From assembly GCA_963675745.2 (NCBI GenBank), contig CAXXWX010000019.1:256001-320000 (forward strand): a stretch of DNA of 64,000 bases. Reading direction: 5' to 3'. Position numbers and translations under genes: made by a program. Of the stretch, positions 1 through 10,069 are shown piece by piece. Source of the stretch: Phycisphaerae bacterium. Lineage in GTDB: Bacteria > Planctomycetota > Phycisphaerae > UBA1845 > Fen-1342. Within the stretch, counting starts at the first letter, position 1, and each line of letters opens with the position of its first letter. Under the pieces are notes generated by a model. It was not told the DNA's origin, made no database searches, and was given only the letters and a program-made list of their open reading frames with translations.

Positions 1-470
1 AGCACCTGGTCATATGTCCAGCCATCATGATCTATGCGATAAAGGCCGATCGCCAGACCCGTGCGATTGGCGCCGGCGGCACAGTGTACCAGCGTCGGAT
101 CACCGCCCTGGTCGTCCAGCAACGCCATCAACTCGCGTCTTTGTTCCGCCGTGCTTGTCCCATCGCCGCGCATCGGTACGTTGTGCCATTCGATGCCGAG
201 GCGCTCGGCCGCCGCCCGTTCGTCAATGCACTCCGGCGACTGTGAATCGAGTAGCGAAATCACGCGCTTGATGCCGTAGCGCTCGCGCAGGTTATGAAGC
301 TGCCGGGCCGAAACCGCGCCGCTACGGTAAAGCTGTCCCTCGACAACCGGGGCGAAGCGTTTGGGCAGCGCGGTGGCGGCGCGGTACACGGGCACCGCCG
401 CGACCACGGCGATCAACGCCAACAGGCCGCCAATCAGGCCAATGCGTCTACGTCTGGTCTGTCGATTCAC
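1..470 (-). CDS. Protein-tyrosine/dual-specificity phosphatase family protein with N-terminal membrane anchor (3' end runs off the window)
   Basis: Not in the ORF track. Manual translation from GTG at 470 gives MNRQTRRRRIGLIGGLLALIAVVAAVPVY...GQLYRSG...YGIKRVISLL...TLVHCAAGANRTGLAIGLYR, with the HCxxGxxR P-loop. Start is uncertain. Confidence 0.85.
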   Translation of the reverse strand, partial: MNRQTRRRRIGLIGGLLALIAVVAAVPVYRAATALPKRFAPVVEGQLYRSGAVSARQLHNLRERYGIKRVISLLDSQSPECIDERAAAERLGIEWHNVPMRGDGTSTAEQRRELMALLDDQGGDPTLVHCAAGANRTGLAIGLYRIDHDGWTYDQV

Positions 471-746
471 GCGTGCTTCACCATTTGGGGGCGACTCGCC
501 TCGATCGAGATCGCGCGGCCGCACGGCCGGCGCTGAGCGACTATTGTGGTCGCGAGCGGCGTTTAGGGGAAGCGCGCACATTTGCACGCGACCTCCTGAC
601 CGGTAGTATGAGGCCGGGCAGAGGATTGAAGGGTTGGAGGATTCATGAGATTCACACGCTTCCTTGGGGGGTTGGCAAGCCAGCGGCGTGCAAGCGGGCC
701 GCCGGGCGCTGCGCCATGATCCAGGGTTCTTACCGAGATTACGCCG

Positions 747-1595
747 ATGCCTGACTGGCTTACCGTGCAGTTAACGATGGAATTAGTGGGCATCGGGCTC
801 GTGGCCGGGCTGGTAGGCGGGATGCTGGGCGTCGGCGGCGGGATTGTCATGATCCCAGCCATGGCGTTCCTGCTGGGCGAGGGCGCAGACGCGATCTTTG
901 GTGTCGAGTCGTTCCACGTCTACAAACTCGGGGCGATTGCCACAACCGTCGTGCTGTCCATACCCGCCATCAGGCGACACCGCCGTGCCGGTGCCATTGT
1001 ACCTGGCGTGGTGCTCGGCATGGTCCCCCTGGCGGTTGTCGGCGTCGTACTTGGCGTTCTGCTGACGCGCGTGTTTGCCGCCGAACAAACGCTGACGCTG
1101 CGGCGGTTGTTCGGCGTATTCCTGGAGCTTGTTGCCGGCTTTAACCTGTACCAGGCATGGGCGTTGAAACGCGGGCACAACGCGACCGCCCGAGCTTGCC
1201 CAGTCGGACGCAGAAGCTGGCTGTACGGCATCGCGGCGGGTCTGCCGTCCGGCTTGATCTCCGGTCTGCTCGGGGTAGGTGGGGGCATCGTAGCCGTCCC
1301 GGTACAGCGCATGGCGTTTGGCATCAGCTTGCGCAATGCCATCGCTAACTCGTCCGCCGCGATTCTGCCCATCGCGGTTGCGACAACCGTGGCCATGAGC
1401 TGGAGAGTGGCCAGCGCCGCAACCGACATCACCGTCTCGTCGGGATTCGTGCTGACCGCCTGCCTCGCGCCGGGGGCACTGGTAGGTGCCTGGTGCGGCG
1501 CCGGCCTGACACATCGCGTGCCGGTGCCCACGCTGCGGGTGGCGTTTCAGGTGTTGCTGGCAATCGCCGGCGCAAGGCTGATCGTGGCGCACTGA
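747..1595 (+). CDS. Sulfite exporter TauE/SafE family membrane protein
   Basis: Duplicated GLLGVGGG-type motif (GMLGVGGGIV, GLLGVGGGIV) and about 8 hydrophobic segments. Confidence 0.85.
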   Translation: MPDWLTVQLTMELVGIGLVAGLVGGMLGVGGGIVMIPAMAFLLGEGADAIFGVESFHVYKLGAIATTVVLSIPAIRRHRRAGAIVPGVVLGMVPLAVVGVVLGVLLTRVFAAEQTLTLRRLFGVFLELVAGFNLYQAWALKRGHNATARACPVGRRSWLYGIAAGLPSGLISGLLGVGGGIVAVPVQRMAFGISLRNAIANSSAAILPIAVATTVAMSWRVASAATDITVSSGFVLTACLAPGALVGAWCGAGLTHRVPVPTLRVAFQVLLAIAGARLIVAH

Positions 1596-1726
1596 GGGCG
1601 GCCGGGCCGTGCGCCGGCGGCTGACGTTTCGGCCCGGCGCGCGTATCATGCGCACAAGGTTGTGCGCCGCGCGGGCCCGATCGGCGGGTCAATCCACACA
1701 CAGGCGTGCGCTGCTGGAGGATTTTG

Positions 1727-2068
1727 ATGAGTCGCCCGAAAACCATCATGATCGACCTTGATGGTGTCATCGCCACCGAAGAACGCACCTTCGACCGGCC
1801 CTGCGCCAAGCCGCTTGACGGCGCGCGCGCGGCCCTCCAGGGCCTGCACAATGCCGGCCACACGATCGTGATCTATACCGCCCGCGGCTGGGCCGAATAC
1901 CGCTATACGAAGGAGTGGCTTGATAACCACGGCATCGCGTACGACGCACTGCACATGGGCAAGCCGATCGGCGACATCTGGATCGACGACCGCGCGATCG
2001 GCCATGAGAGCTGGCCGCAGACACTCAAGTTGCTCGAAGAGAAGGCGGGGATTACGGCGCAGGCCTAG
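1727..2068 (+). CDS. Small capless HAD-superfamily phosphatase (capsule-biosynthesis phosphatase-like)
   Basis: Motif I DLDGVI, motif II YTAR, GKP and IDD. GGAGG at 1716-1720 precedes ATG 1727. Confidence 0.8.
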   Translation: MSRPKTIMIDLDGVIATEERTFDRPCAKPLDGARAALQGLHNAGHTIVIYTARGWAEYRYTKEWLDNHGIAYDALHMGKPIGDIWIDDRAIGHESWPQTLKLLEEKAGITAQA

Positions 2069-2155
2069 CGTCGGCGCTTTCGATCGTCCACCCACCTCGC
2101 GCGGATCACAAAGTCCGTTGCGCGCGCCTGTATGACTCATGTCAGGGAGTCTGCG

Positions 2156-3598
2156 ATGTTGCGGGACCACTACCCCTATTATCTGGCCGGCGCACCCGTC
2201 GATGCCAACCGGGATCTTGTGGTTACGAACAAGTTCACCGGCCGGCCGGCCACGTCTGTCGCCGTGGCCGATGAAGATGCGATTGACCGCGCCATAGACG
2301 CCGCCGTATCGGCATTTGAGCAGACGCGCCGGCTACCCGGTTACGCGCGTCAGGCCGTGTTGCAACACGTGGTGCGGCGGGTGACCGAGCAGCACGAGCA
2401 GCTAGCCCGCGCACTGGCGATCGAGGCCGGCAAGCCGATACGCGACGCGCGCGGTGAAGTCACACGGCTGGTCGATACATTTCGCTATGCGGCGGAAGAG
2501 GCCGTTCGGCTCGGCGGCGAGTATCTGCCGCTCGACATCAGCGCCCGTTCAGCGGGCTACGAAGGACTAGTTCGCCGGTTTGCGCTGGGGCCGTGCAGCT
2601 TCATCACCCCCTTCAACTTCCCGCTGAACCTGGTGGCGCACAAAGTCGCGCCGGCCATCGCGGTGGGCTGTCCGTGGGTGCTCAAGCCGGCCTCACGCAC
2701 GCCCGTGGGCGCGTTGTTGCTGGCTGAGATACTCGCCGAGACCGATTGGCCGCGCGCCGCATTCTCGATCCTCCCGTGTCCGCGCGCGCACGCTGACCGG
2801 TTCGTTACCGATGAGCGTTTGAAGCTGCTGAGTTTCACCGGGTCGGCAGACGTCGGGTGGCAACTCAAGTCCCGGGCTGGAAAGAAACGTGTCGCGCTCG
2901 AACTGGGCGGCAACGCCGCCTGCATTGTGGATGCCGATACCGACCTCGATTTTGCCGCCGACCGCATCACTTTGGGGGCGTTTTACCAGTCCGGCCAGAG
3001 TTGCATCAGCGTGCAGCGCGTGATCGCCCACCGCGCCGTTTATGCGGCGCTCAAGAGCAAGCTCGTCGAGTGCGCTGCAAAACTCAAGGCCGGTGACCCG
3101 CTGGAGGAAGACACGTTCCTGGGGCCGCTCATCAGCGAGAGCGAGGCCGTTCGTGTCGAGTCATGGGTCAATCAGGCGATTGATGCCGGGGCGACCCTGG
3201 CTTGTGGCGGCAGACGCGACGGATCGATCTTCTCCGCGACCTATTTGGAGAACGTCGCACGAGAGCAACGTGTCAATTGCGATGAGGTCTTCGGCCCGGT
3301 GGCGACGCTTCAGCCGTTCGATGATTTTGAGGAAGCGATTGGCATTGCCAACGACACGCGCTATGGTCTCCAGGCGGGCGTGTTCACCAGGAACATCGAG
3401 CACGCGTTTCGCGCCTACAATGAGCTGGAGGTTGGTGGAGTCGTCGTCAACGACGTGCCCAGTTGGCGCGCCGACCACATGCCGTATGGCGGCGTGAAGG
3501 ACAGCGGGCTCGGTCGAGAGGGCATCCGTTTCGCGATGGAGGAGATGACCGAGCTGAAGCTGCTCGTGCTGAACAACATCGGCCAACCGGGCTCATAG
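2156..3598 (+). CDS. Aldehyde dehydrogenase family protein
   Basis: PFNFP, LKPA, FTGS, catalytic LELGGN and GQSCIS, EVFGP, PYGGVKDSGLGREG. ATG 2156 follows AGGGAG; alternative start 2132. Confidence 0.92.
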   Translation: MLRDHYPYYLAGAPVDANRDLVVTNKFTGRPATSVAVADEDAIDRAIDAAVSAFEQTRRLPGYARQAVLQHVVRRVTEQHEQLARALAIEAGKPIRDARGEVTRLVDTFRYAAEEAVRLGGEYLPLDISARSAGYEGLVRRFALGPCSFITPFNFPLNLVAHKVAPAIAVGCPWVLKPASRTPVGALLLAEILAETDWPRAAFSILPCPRAHADRFVTDERLKLLSFTGSADVGWQLKSRAGKKRVALELGGNAACIVDADTDLDFAADRITLGAFYQSGQSCISVQRVIAHRAVYAALKSKLVECAAKLKAGDPLEEDTFLGPLISESEAVRVESWVNQAIDAGATLACGGRRDGSIFSATYLENVAREQRVNCDEVFGPVATLQPFDDFEEAIGIANDTRYGLQAGVFTRNIEHAFRAYNELEVGGVVVNDVPSWRADHMPYGGVKDSGLGREGIRFAMEEMTELKLLVLNNIGQPGS

Positions 3599-3632
3599 AG
3601 TCGATGGCGATCCCGCGAGGGCGGCGGCCACT

Positions 3633-3660
3633 GTAGCGGCCTGCGCCTCGCAGGCCGTCG
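3633..3660. repeat. REP-like palindrome, family A (GTAG-CGGCCTGCGCCTCGCAGGCCG-TCG)
   Basis: Same sequence at 33456 and near-identical inverted copy at 12121-12148. GTAG foot plus hairpin. Confidence 0.8.
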
Positions 3661-3861
3661 GATGTTGGCGAGGCCACTCCGCGCCAACCGCCGGCGAAGC
3701 GCGGGAGGCCACGAATCTTGTGCGCAGCGCGGCCGTCAATCGGCCCGCAACGGCAGGGCTCCCTGCGCTCGACCTACCGTCCGTTTGTGCGCGGGGCGGC
3801 GTACAGGCTGGTAAGGCACGTCCAGCGCAGCGATTCGTGCCGGTTTGACTGCATGGTTGCC

Positions 3862-4644
3862 ATGGACAGCCTTCTTGTATACCGGGATGAAGCGCTCGAC
3901 GGCGCGACCAATATGGCGCGCGATGAGCACCTCTTGCACAACCCCGACATTGCGCCAGCGGCCTTGCGCGTCTACGGCTGGTCGCCGCCGACGATCAGCC
4001 TGGGATACTTTCAGCGCTTTGAGGATGTCGCGCGTCTGCCCGACGAAGTCCAGGGCCTCGCGGTCGTACGGCGGCAGACCGGCGGCGGGGCGATTCTGCA
4101 CGATCGGGAGGTGACGTATTGCCTGGTCATTGGCGCCGACCTGCCCGTCGCACGCCGGGCGCCCGACGCGCTCTACAGACTTGCCCACCAGGCCTGGGCG
4201 GAGGCACTGCGGACCGGCGGCAGAGATACACAGATGGCCCCCGATTCGTACCCCATGCCCTCGCCGCGCACCGGTCCGTTCTTCTGCTTCGAAAAGCCTG
4301 GGCGCACGGATCTGATGATTGATGGCGGGAAGTTGCTCGGCAGCGCGCAGCGGCGCATGCCGCGCGTTCCGGAAGACCATCAGGGACGGCCTGCCGGTGT
4401 TGCCGGTCGCGTGTTGCAGCATGGTTCACTGTTGCTGGGCCGGCGGTTCGCCGCACACCCGGGACATGATCTTGGCGAGCCCCCTCCGGCAGCGGTGGAG
4501 CAATGGGTTAGCGAGTTCATCAATCGTGTTGCCCGAGCCCTGGCGCTGGACCCCGAGCCGGCGAGTTGGAGTGCGGATCAACTGGCGGATGTGTCCCGGC
4601 GGCGCGAGCGTTACGCGGGTGACGCATGGACGCGGCGGCGTTGA
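3862..4644 (+). CDS. Lipoate-protein ligase/octanoyltransferase (LipM/LplA catalytic domain)
   Basis: NMARDE, LRVYGW.PPTISLG, RRQTGGGAILH, CF, KLLGSAQ. No LplA C-terminal domain. Start 3853 or 3862. Confidence 0.85.
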   Translation: MDSLLVYRDEALDGATNMARDEHLLHNPDIAPAALRVYGWSPPTISLGYFQRFEDVARLPDEVQGLAVVRRQTGGGAILHDREVTYCLVIGADLPVARRAPDALYRLAHQAWAEALRTGGRDTQMAPDSYPMPSPRTGPFFCFEKPGRTDLMIDGGKLLGSAQRRMPRVPEDHQGRPAGVAGRVLQHGSLLLGRRFAAHPGHDLGEPPPAAVEQWVSEFINRVARALALDPEPASWSADQLADVSRRRERYAGDAWTRRR

Positions 4645-4700
4645 TCCGCGCTTGCCCGAGCGGCATTCCGGCATATGCCGCGCACGGTTAACATATCGCC

Positions 4701-6461
4701 ATGGCAGTTTACACAGGATCGAAACCGGGTCGGCCGCGGCTGGCACTGTTCGTCGCGGCGGCGGCGCTGGCTTGCACTCTGGGGATGGCGTGGCTCCAGG
4801 TCCGCGCCAAGCGCATGCTGCAATCCGAGGTTGCCATCGACGGCACGCCCCTGATTGTGCGCCCGCCGTTGGGCTGGCATCAGGCGGAGAATGAGCCCGG
4901 TCGTTTTTTTCTGCCGGCACCCGCGCCACAACGCCGACGCGGCATCGCGTTCAGCAAGGATGTGCGGGTCAGCTACAAGCGACAGCGTTTCTTCGTGTCG
5001 CCGGTGACACCCGACCGGCATCTGCCGACCACGCTTGCCGGCTTGCCCGCGGTGCAGTCGCGTGTCAGAAAGCCGACCGAGCGGCAGCCGCGGCTGGTCG
5101 ACCACGTCGTCAGCCGGGTCACGTGTTCGCCGCGTGGCGATGTGATCCGCATCGACTATGTGACGCGGACCGGTCTGACAATGGCCGACCTCGAGCTGCT
5201 CGACCAGATCGCCGCGTCAGTCCGCATCCAACTGCCGAACGCCAACGCCGATCCCAGCCAGGCCCTTGAGCGGGTCGGCGTTTCGGTTCCCTTGGAAGAC
5301 GACTGGATCGCGGCATTGCCGGATGTCGAGCAGGTCGCTGGTTGCTACATCGGCGGCACCATCAAGGGCATTCCAGCCTGGTCCCTCGGGATCTACCGCA
5401 CCTGGCTCGCGCATGGTCGTGAGCCGGATGATCTGCTCACCGATTTCGCCGCACTTTATTGGGAAGCGGAAGCCGACGCACTCACTGTGGTACACACACA
5501 ACGCGGCGATGGTGTTCAGATCGCCCATGTGACCACGCCAATCCCCGGACAACATCCCATCGCGGCGGCGTGGCTGGTGAGCAAGTCGGCGTCAGAGGCG
5601 GTGATCATACCGGTCTTTGCAACGCTCGACGTGGCGATCATCTCGGGTGAGGCCGCCGCCGCTCAGATCGTCGAGGCGCTCGAGTTTACGGCGACGGGTG
5701 GCATTCCAGACATCGCCGCCGCCGAGGCCGCCGGGCGCGAACTGGCCGGCGTGATCCACGAGCAGGGTGTGCAGACCTGGTGGGGCAGCGCTCCACAGCG
5801 GACCTACTACCTGGTTCACACGGTGCGCGGCCGCGAGGCCTGGCTCTCCGAACGCGCGCCGGTCGGAGAGCGTCCGGTCCGCGGTTACCGGGGCGCCGAG
5901 TTCAACCTGCATCCGGACGGTGACCGCCGGCAGTCCTGGTCGGTGGATATGTCTGACGCCCAGCCGTGGCGTTACCAGTTCTATTTTGAGGAGAATGTGA
6001 GCGGCCGACTCGGTCGGCGGCGACTCCAGAATCAGGCGACCGAATCACGCAAAGCCGGCAGCGGGCACGTATCACGGACGCGCGTGAACTCCGGCCTCCA
6101 CTCGGAGACGGACTTCACGCCAGGCGCGGCGTTTATCTGCCCGGCGGTCGATTCGATCGCGGAGTACCTGGTCGCGAGCGAGACCGAGGGCGCCTGGATG
6201 ATTGAAGGCTCGGACCTGATCGGGCGCGGCAGCCACACGCGCTTGTTGCGACCGATGTCGACGGACGACCCGGATGACCGCCGCGTACTTGCTCAAAGCG
6301 ACGTTTTTCCATTTGGCGTAGTGCTGACCTATGATGCGGACGCGACACTGCGCGCTGCCGTTTATCCGAGCGCCGCGCTCGAACGGGTCTCGCGCGAAGA
6401 GGCCGAAGCGCGCTTTCCCGAGCTGCGCGGCGTGTCGTTTGAAGGCCTGAGCAGACCATAG
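4701..6461 (+). CDS. Hypothetical membrane-anchored/exported protein
   Basis: 586-aa ORF with genome-typical codon bias and an N-terminal hydrophobic helix. No family recognised. Confidence 0.7.
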   Translation: MAVYTGSKPGRPRLALFVAAAALACTLGMAWLQVRAKRMLQSEVAIDGTPLIVRPPLGWHQAENEPGRFFLPAPAPQRRRGIAFSKDVRVSYKRQRFFVSPVTPDRHLPTTLAGLPAVQSRVRKPTERQPRLVDHVVSRVTCSPRGDVIRIDYVTRTGLTMADLELLDQIAASVRIQLPNANADPSQALERVGVSVPLEDDWIAALPDVEQVAGCYIGGTIKGIPAWSLGIYRTWLAHGREPDDLLTDFAALYWEAEADALTVVHTQRGDGVQIAHVTTPIPGQHPIAAAWLVSKSASEAVIIPVFATLDVAIISGEAAAAQIVEALEFTATGGIPDIAAAEAAGRELAGVIHEQGVQTWWGSAPQRTYYLVHTVRGREAWLSERAPVGERPVRGYRGAEFNLHPDGDRRQSWSVDMSDAQPWRYQFYFEENVSGRLGRRRLQNQATESRKAGSGHVSRTRVNSGLHSETDFTPGAAFICPAVDSIAEYLVASETEGAWMIEGSDLIGRGSHTRLLRPMSTDDPDDRRVLAQSDVFPFGVVLTYDADATLRAAVYPSAALERVSREEAEARFPELRGVSFEGLSRP

Positions 6462-6648
6462 GCCGACGCGTCGCTCGCGTTGGCGTCCGGGCGGAATTGC
6501 GCCCCGGCGGGGATCACCGGTGGGTTGGCGGGAATCGTATTCAGTGTAATCGCACGGATTGGCGAGATTGCGAAGACAGTTGTGACTTGCGTAAGATACT
6601 CGGGCTGCATGGATGATCAGCAAACAGGCTAGTTGACGCGCCGTGCCC

Positions 6649-8514
6649 ATGAAGACACTGGAATTGCCCACATCACCTGCGACAGTTGCCGGAGTGCAGA
6701 CCCCTGCGGGGCGGCCGGCCGATAGGTTATCAGACCACTCGCGCGTCGGCACCAGTTCATTTGACGGAATTACCTGGACATACCGCAACGGCTTTGACCT
6801 CGTCTTGAGCCGCGTCGCCGCGTCGGCGTGGGCCGATCCGCGCGCCCAAGGCTGGGAGTGCGTTAAACAGAATCTGGCACGCTCGGTGTGGCGCGCCAGA
6901 ATCGGCGAACAAACCTACTACCTCAAGTACTACATGACCGGCGGCTGGCTCGATCACCTCAAAGCCTGGGTCCGCGGACCCGCCTGCCAGGCTGAATGGC
7001 GCAGCGGGTTGTTCGCGTTCGGCGCGGGCATCGACGTCGTGCCGCCAGCCGGCTTCGCCGACAAGCTGCGCGCCTTCGGACACCCATGCGCGCTGCTGGT
7101 CACCGAGGCGCTTGAGCCGACCACGCCGCTGAATGAGTTCTGGGCCACGCTGCAAACAGACGAAGACGATCAACGTCGTCGTGCCGACACCGCACAACTG
7201 ATCGAAACGCTCGCCGAGCTCATCGCGCGCGCGCACCAGTCCGGCTTCGAGCACACGGACATGCACGCCGAGAACATCCTGGTGCAGCGCGTCGGCCCGC
7301 GGCGCTACCGGGCCGTATTCGTCGACCTGCACAGCGCCAGGCTCGACACCCCGATCAGTGATCGGGCGGTATTACGCAACCTGGCGCAGCTCAACCAGTG
7401 GTTTCGCCGACACGCATCGATAGGCGACCGGCTGCGGTTTCTCCGGGCCTATCTGCGCTGGCGCGGCGAATTCGAGCACACCCTGCCCCATGGCCGCGCC
7501 ATGCACACGTCGTTCGAGAGCATCATTCCGGCGCTGGCCCGGGCCGCCGAACGCCACGCGGCCCGATTGTGCGCGCAACGCGACCGTCGCGCGCTGCGCA
7601 ACGGGCGCTACTTTGGCAAGCTGCGCACGGGAAGTGGCTGGCGGGCGCGTGTTTTCCTGGCGTGCAAACGACCGCGCGCGGATTCGCACGCGTCGCGCCT
7701 GCAACTGTCACGGGAATGGTGGCGCGCGCAACTGAGTAATCCGCTGCGCTGGTTCACGGCGGATGGCGCCGAGGACTGCAAGAACTCGCACTCGGCGCAG
7801 GTGCGCCGCGCTGTATTGGTCGTTGACAGACAGACGAGCCTACCGGTGATCATCAAACGCCCGTTGGCGCGCGACTGGTGGCGCCGGCTGCGCATGTTGC
7901 TGCCGCCATCGCGCAGTATGCGCGGTTGGCGCATCGGCAATGCACTGCTGCACCGTGATCAAGCCGCCGCGCGCCCGCTCGCCGTGCTCGAAAAACGCAT
8001 CGGCCCGTTGGTCCTTGACAGCGTGCTGCTTACCGAGGCGCTCCCCGGTGCGTGCGATCTCGAAGCACACCTCACACGACAGCACGGCGCCCTCGCGCCG
8101 GGCGACTGGTTCCGGCACAAGCGCTCGCTCTGCGAAGCCCTGGTTCGGCACATCCGGCAGTTTGAGCGGCGCGGCTTTGCGCATCTGGATTGCAAGGCCG
8201 GTAACATCCTGGTCGCGCCGCACCCGCGGCAGAAGCTGCTCTGGATTGACATGGACGGCGTACGTCGGGTTCGCCGGTTGACGCGCCGCCAGCGTCTCAG
8301 GGCCTTGTCACGCCTGCACGTCAGCCTGTTGAGCGTGCCCGGGCTGACGCGCACCGACTCGGGACGTTTTCTGAAGGCGTATTGCTATACGTATGGCGGA
8401 AACATCGATGCCTGGCGCGGACTCTGGCGTGAACTGGAGGCCCTGATTCAGCGCAAGCGGCACAAACGCGAAGCCCGCCGCACGTGGAAGCTGAAACACT
8501 ACGGCAGATCATAA
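6649..8514 (+). CDS. Tandem-domain lipopolysaccharide kinase (Kdo/WaaP/InaA family)
   Basis: Two kinase folds: YYLK...HTDMHAENILV...FVDL and VIIKR...HLDCKAGNILV...WIDMD. Confidence 0.8.
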   Translation: MKTLELPTSPATVAGVQTPAGRPADRLSDHSRVGTSSFDGITWTYRNGFDLVLSRVAASAWADPRAQGWECVKQNLARSVWRARIGEQTYYLKYYMTGGWLDHLKAWVRGPACQAEWRSGLFAFGAGIDVVPPAGFADKLRAFGHPCALLVTEALEPTTPLNEFWATLQTDEDDQRRRADTAQLIETLAELIARAHQSGFEHTDMHAENILVQRVGPRRYRAVFVDLHSARLDTPISDRAVLRNLAQLNQWFRRHASIGDRLRFLRAYLRWRGEFEHTLPHGRAMHTSFESIIPALARAAERHAARLCAQRDRRALRNGRYFGKLRTGSGWRARVFLACKRPRADSHASRLQLSREWWRAQLSNPLRWFTADGAEDCKNSHSAQVRRAVLVVDRQTSLPVIIKRPLARDWWRRLRMLLPPSRSMRGWRIGNALLHRDQAAARPLAVLEKRIGPLVLDSVLLTEALPGACDLEAHLTRQHGALAPGDWFRHKRSLCEALVRHIRQFERRGFAHLDCKAGNILVAPHPRQKLLWIDMDGVRRVRRLTRRQRLRALSRLHVSLLSVPGLTRTDSGRFLKAYCYTYGGNIDAWRGLWRELEALIQRKRHKREARRTWKLKHYGRS

Positions 8515-8541
8515 GCCCGCGGTTGTGCCGCCCGACGGCGT

Positions 8542-9264
8542 TTACTTAGCTACCTCCGCAACCTCGCGGACGACCGGCAGGAAGAGCTTCTCATCGAGCC
8601 CCATTTCATCGATATACTCGGCGATTTGATGAATCGCGTTTAGACAGCGCAGGTCGTCGTGCGTATCCGTGCCGATGCAGACGCGCAGCTTGTGGTTCGG
8701 GACTATTTTGAACCAGGGGTCGTCCTTGCTCAGCGGCAGCAGCTTTGAGTTGATCTCGTAGAAGATCCGCGCGTTGGACAACGTGCGCACCACCTGGTCC
8801 ATCGACGTATTCGGGAACTGCGTGGCAATCTCGGCGTGGGCCAGTCCGACCGGGCAGGGGAATCGCCGGGCCTGGTTGGCCAATGTTGTCAAACCCGCCC
8901 AGTCAACAAACTCGAAGAACACGTAGTCCACGCCGTCCAGCATCCGGCAGATGGTGGGCAGCATGTTCTTGTTGAGCGGCCAGTTGATTTCGGCTCCGCA
9001 GAACACGTCCATCCGACCGGCCCATCTTTTGCGCGCCGCGCGCACCTGCTCCACGTAGGTACGCCGCTCAGCACCAAACATCCGCTCGAAGTCGCGCTCG
9101 GACTTTACCTCGCGCGAGGAGGGGGTGCAGAACAGGTGATCGGTTATCCCCACGCCGTGCACGGGCAACTCGAGTTCCAGGTGGGCCTCGATGATCTCGT
9201 CAATGGAATAGGCACCATCTGAGAACGGCGTGTGGTTGTGCAGGTTATGGACTGTCTGAATCAT
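8542..9264 (-). CDS. PHP-domain phosphoesterase (histidinol-phosphatase-like)
   Basis: HNHT.FSDG, ITDH, GAE, EIN and GTDTH metal motifs. GGAGG lies upstream of ATG 9264. Confidence 0.85.
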   Translation of the reverse strand: MIQTVHNLHNHTPFSDGAYSIDEIIEAHLELELPVHGVGITDHLFCTPSSREVKSERDFERMFGAERRTYVEQVRAARKRWAGRMDVFCGAEINWPLNKNMLPTICRMLDGVDYVFFEFVDWAGLTTLANQARRFPCPVGLAHAEIATQFPNTSMDQVVRTLSNARIFYEINSKLLPLSKDDPWFKIVPNHKLRVCIGTDTHDDLRCLNAIHQIAEYIDEMGLDEKLFLPVVREVAEVAK

Positions 9265-9791
9265 CCTTCCTCCCAGAAGCGTGGCTCCGCCGCGCGCTAC
9301 GCGTGACACATTGCCCGAAACACCTCGGTATCCACCCCCGGCCGGGAGACGTCACGGCATATCGGACGAATCCACGGTGCTACCATCATCAACGAGCCAG
9401 CCGGCGAACTACTGTGCCGCCCTAGGCCGTAAACACTCGCCACCCGCGCGACGAGCGGAAAATCCTAGCGTGCGCCACTGTGTGCGTCCAGATAAGCCGT
9501 CTGACAGGACCGGCGCTACTGGGGTCGTGAGTACAATCCTCCACAGCCGGGCCTTACCGGCTGGCTGATGGCATTGGCACAAAACCTCAGCGGCGCCGAA
9601 GCATGCCATCGCGTCATGTGTTTCACGTTCCCCGCTGCACACCGGCTCGCAGCCGCGCCGCCAGTGCAACTGATCATGAGTATACACCCACACGCCGCCC
9701 TTGGCGAGCGCTGTTTCCGGACACTCGTGCTCGGATCGGGTCTCTGCCCCGGGGCCGTCGCCCCGCTTTCCGGAAAATTCGATTTCGGCGC

Positions 9792-9816
9792 GAACCGCGA
9801 TCCGCCGCCCCCGTAT
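9792..9816 (+). promoter_or_regulatory. Putative ECF-sigma promoter (GAAC-N16-CGTA)
   Basis: GAAC 9792-9795 and CGTA 9812-9815 match the common ECF AAC/CGT architecture. Confidence 0.45.
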
Positions 9817-9821
9817 GTACG

Positions 9822-9921
9822 GGTGAAACACACAGCGACTTGTTAAAACCTCCTGTAACTCCTCCTCTTCCCGCCCCCGCGGCGTGGCCAACGAAGCTTG
9901 GCCACGCCGCGGGGTGTTTTT
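9822..9921 (+). ncRNA. Candidate small regulatory RNA with CCUCCU anti-SD motifs
   Basis: Lies between an ECF-like promoter and an orphan intrinsic terminator. CCTCCT at 9849-9854 and 9861-9866. No credible ORF. Confidence 0.5.
9875..9921 (+). terminator. Intrinsic terminator
   Basis: Perfect 17-bp stem (9875-9891 with 9898-9914), 6-nt loop, then TGTTTTT. Confidence 0.85.
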
Positions 9922-10069
9922 ATGCCACGCCGGTCTCTGTGGATCTGGCGGCCTGAGGCACAACGAGCGTTATCGAGCCCATTCTTGCCTGATGGCGGGG
10001 CGCGGCGGTCGCGGGTACGCTGAAAGCCGTGCAATTGAACACCCGGGTTGGCGAGCAGGGAGGATAGCC

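Noticed and set aside
9281..9963. Several 90-184-aa ORFs in the PHP/secreted-protein gap
   Set aside because: No motifs, composition typical of non-coding frames, mutually overlapping, and some cross the terminator hairpin.
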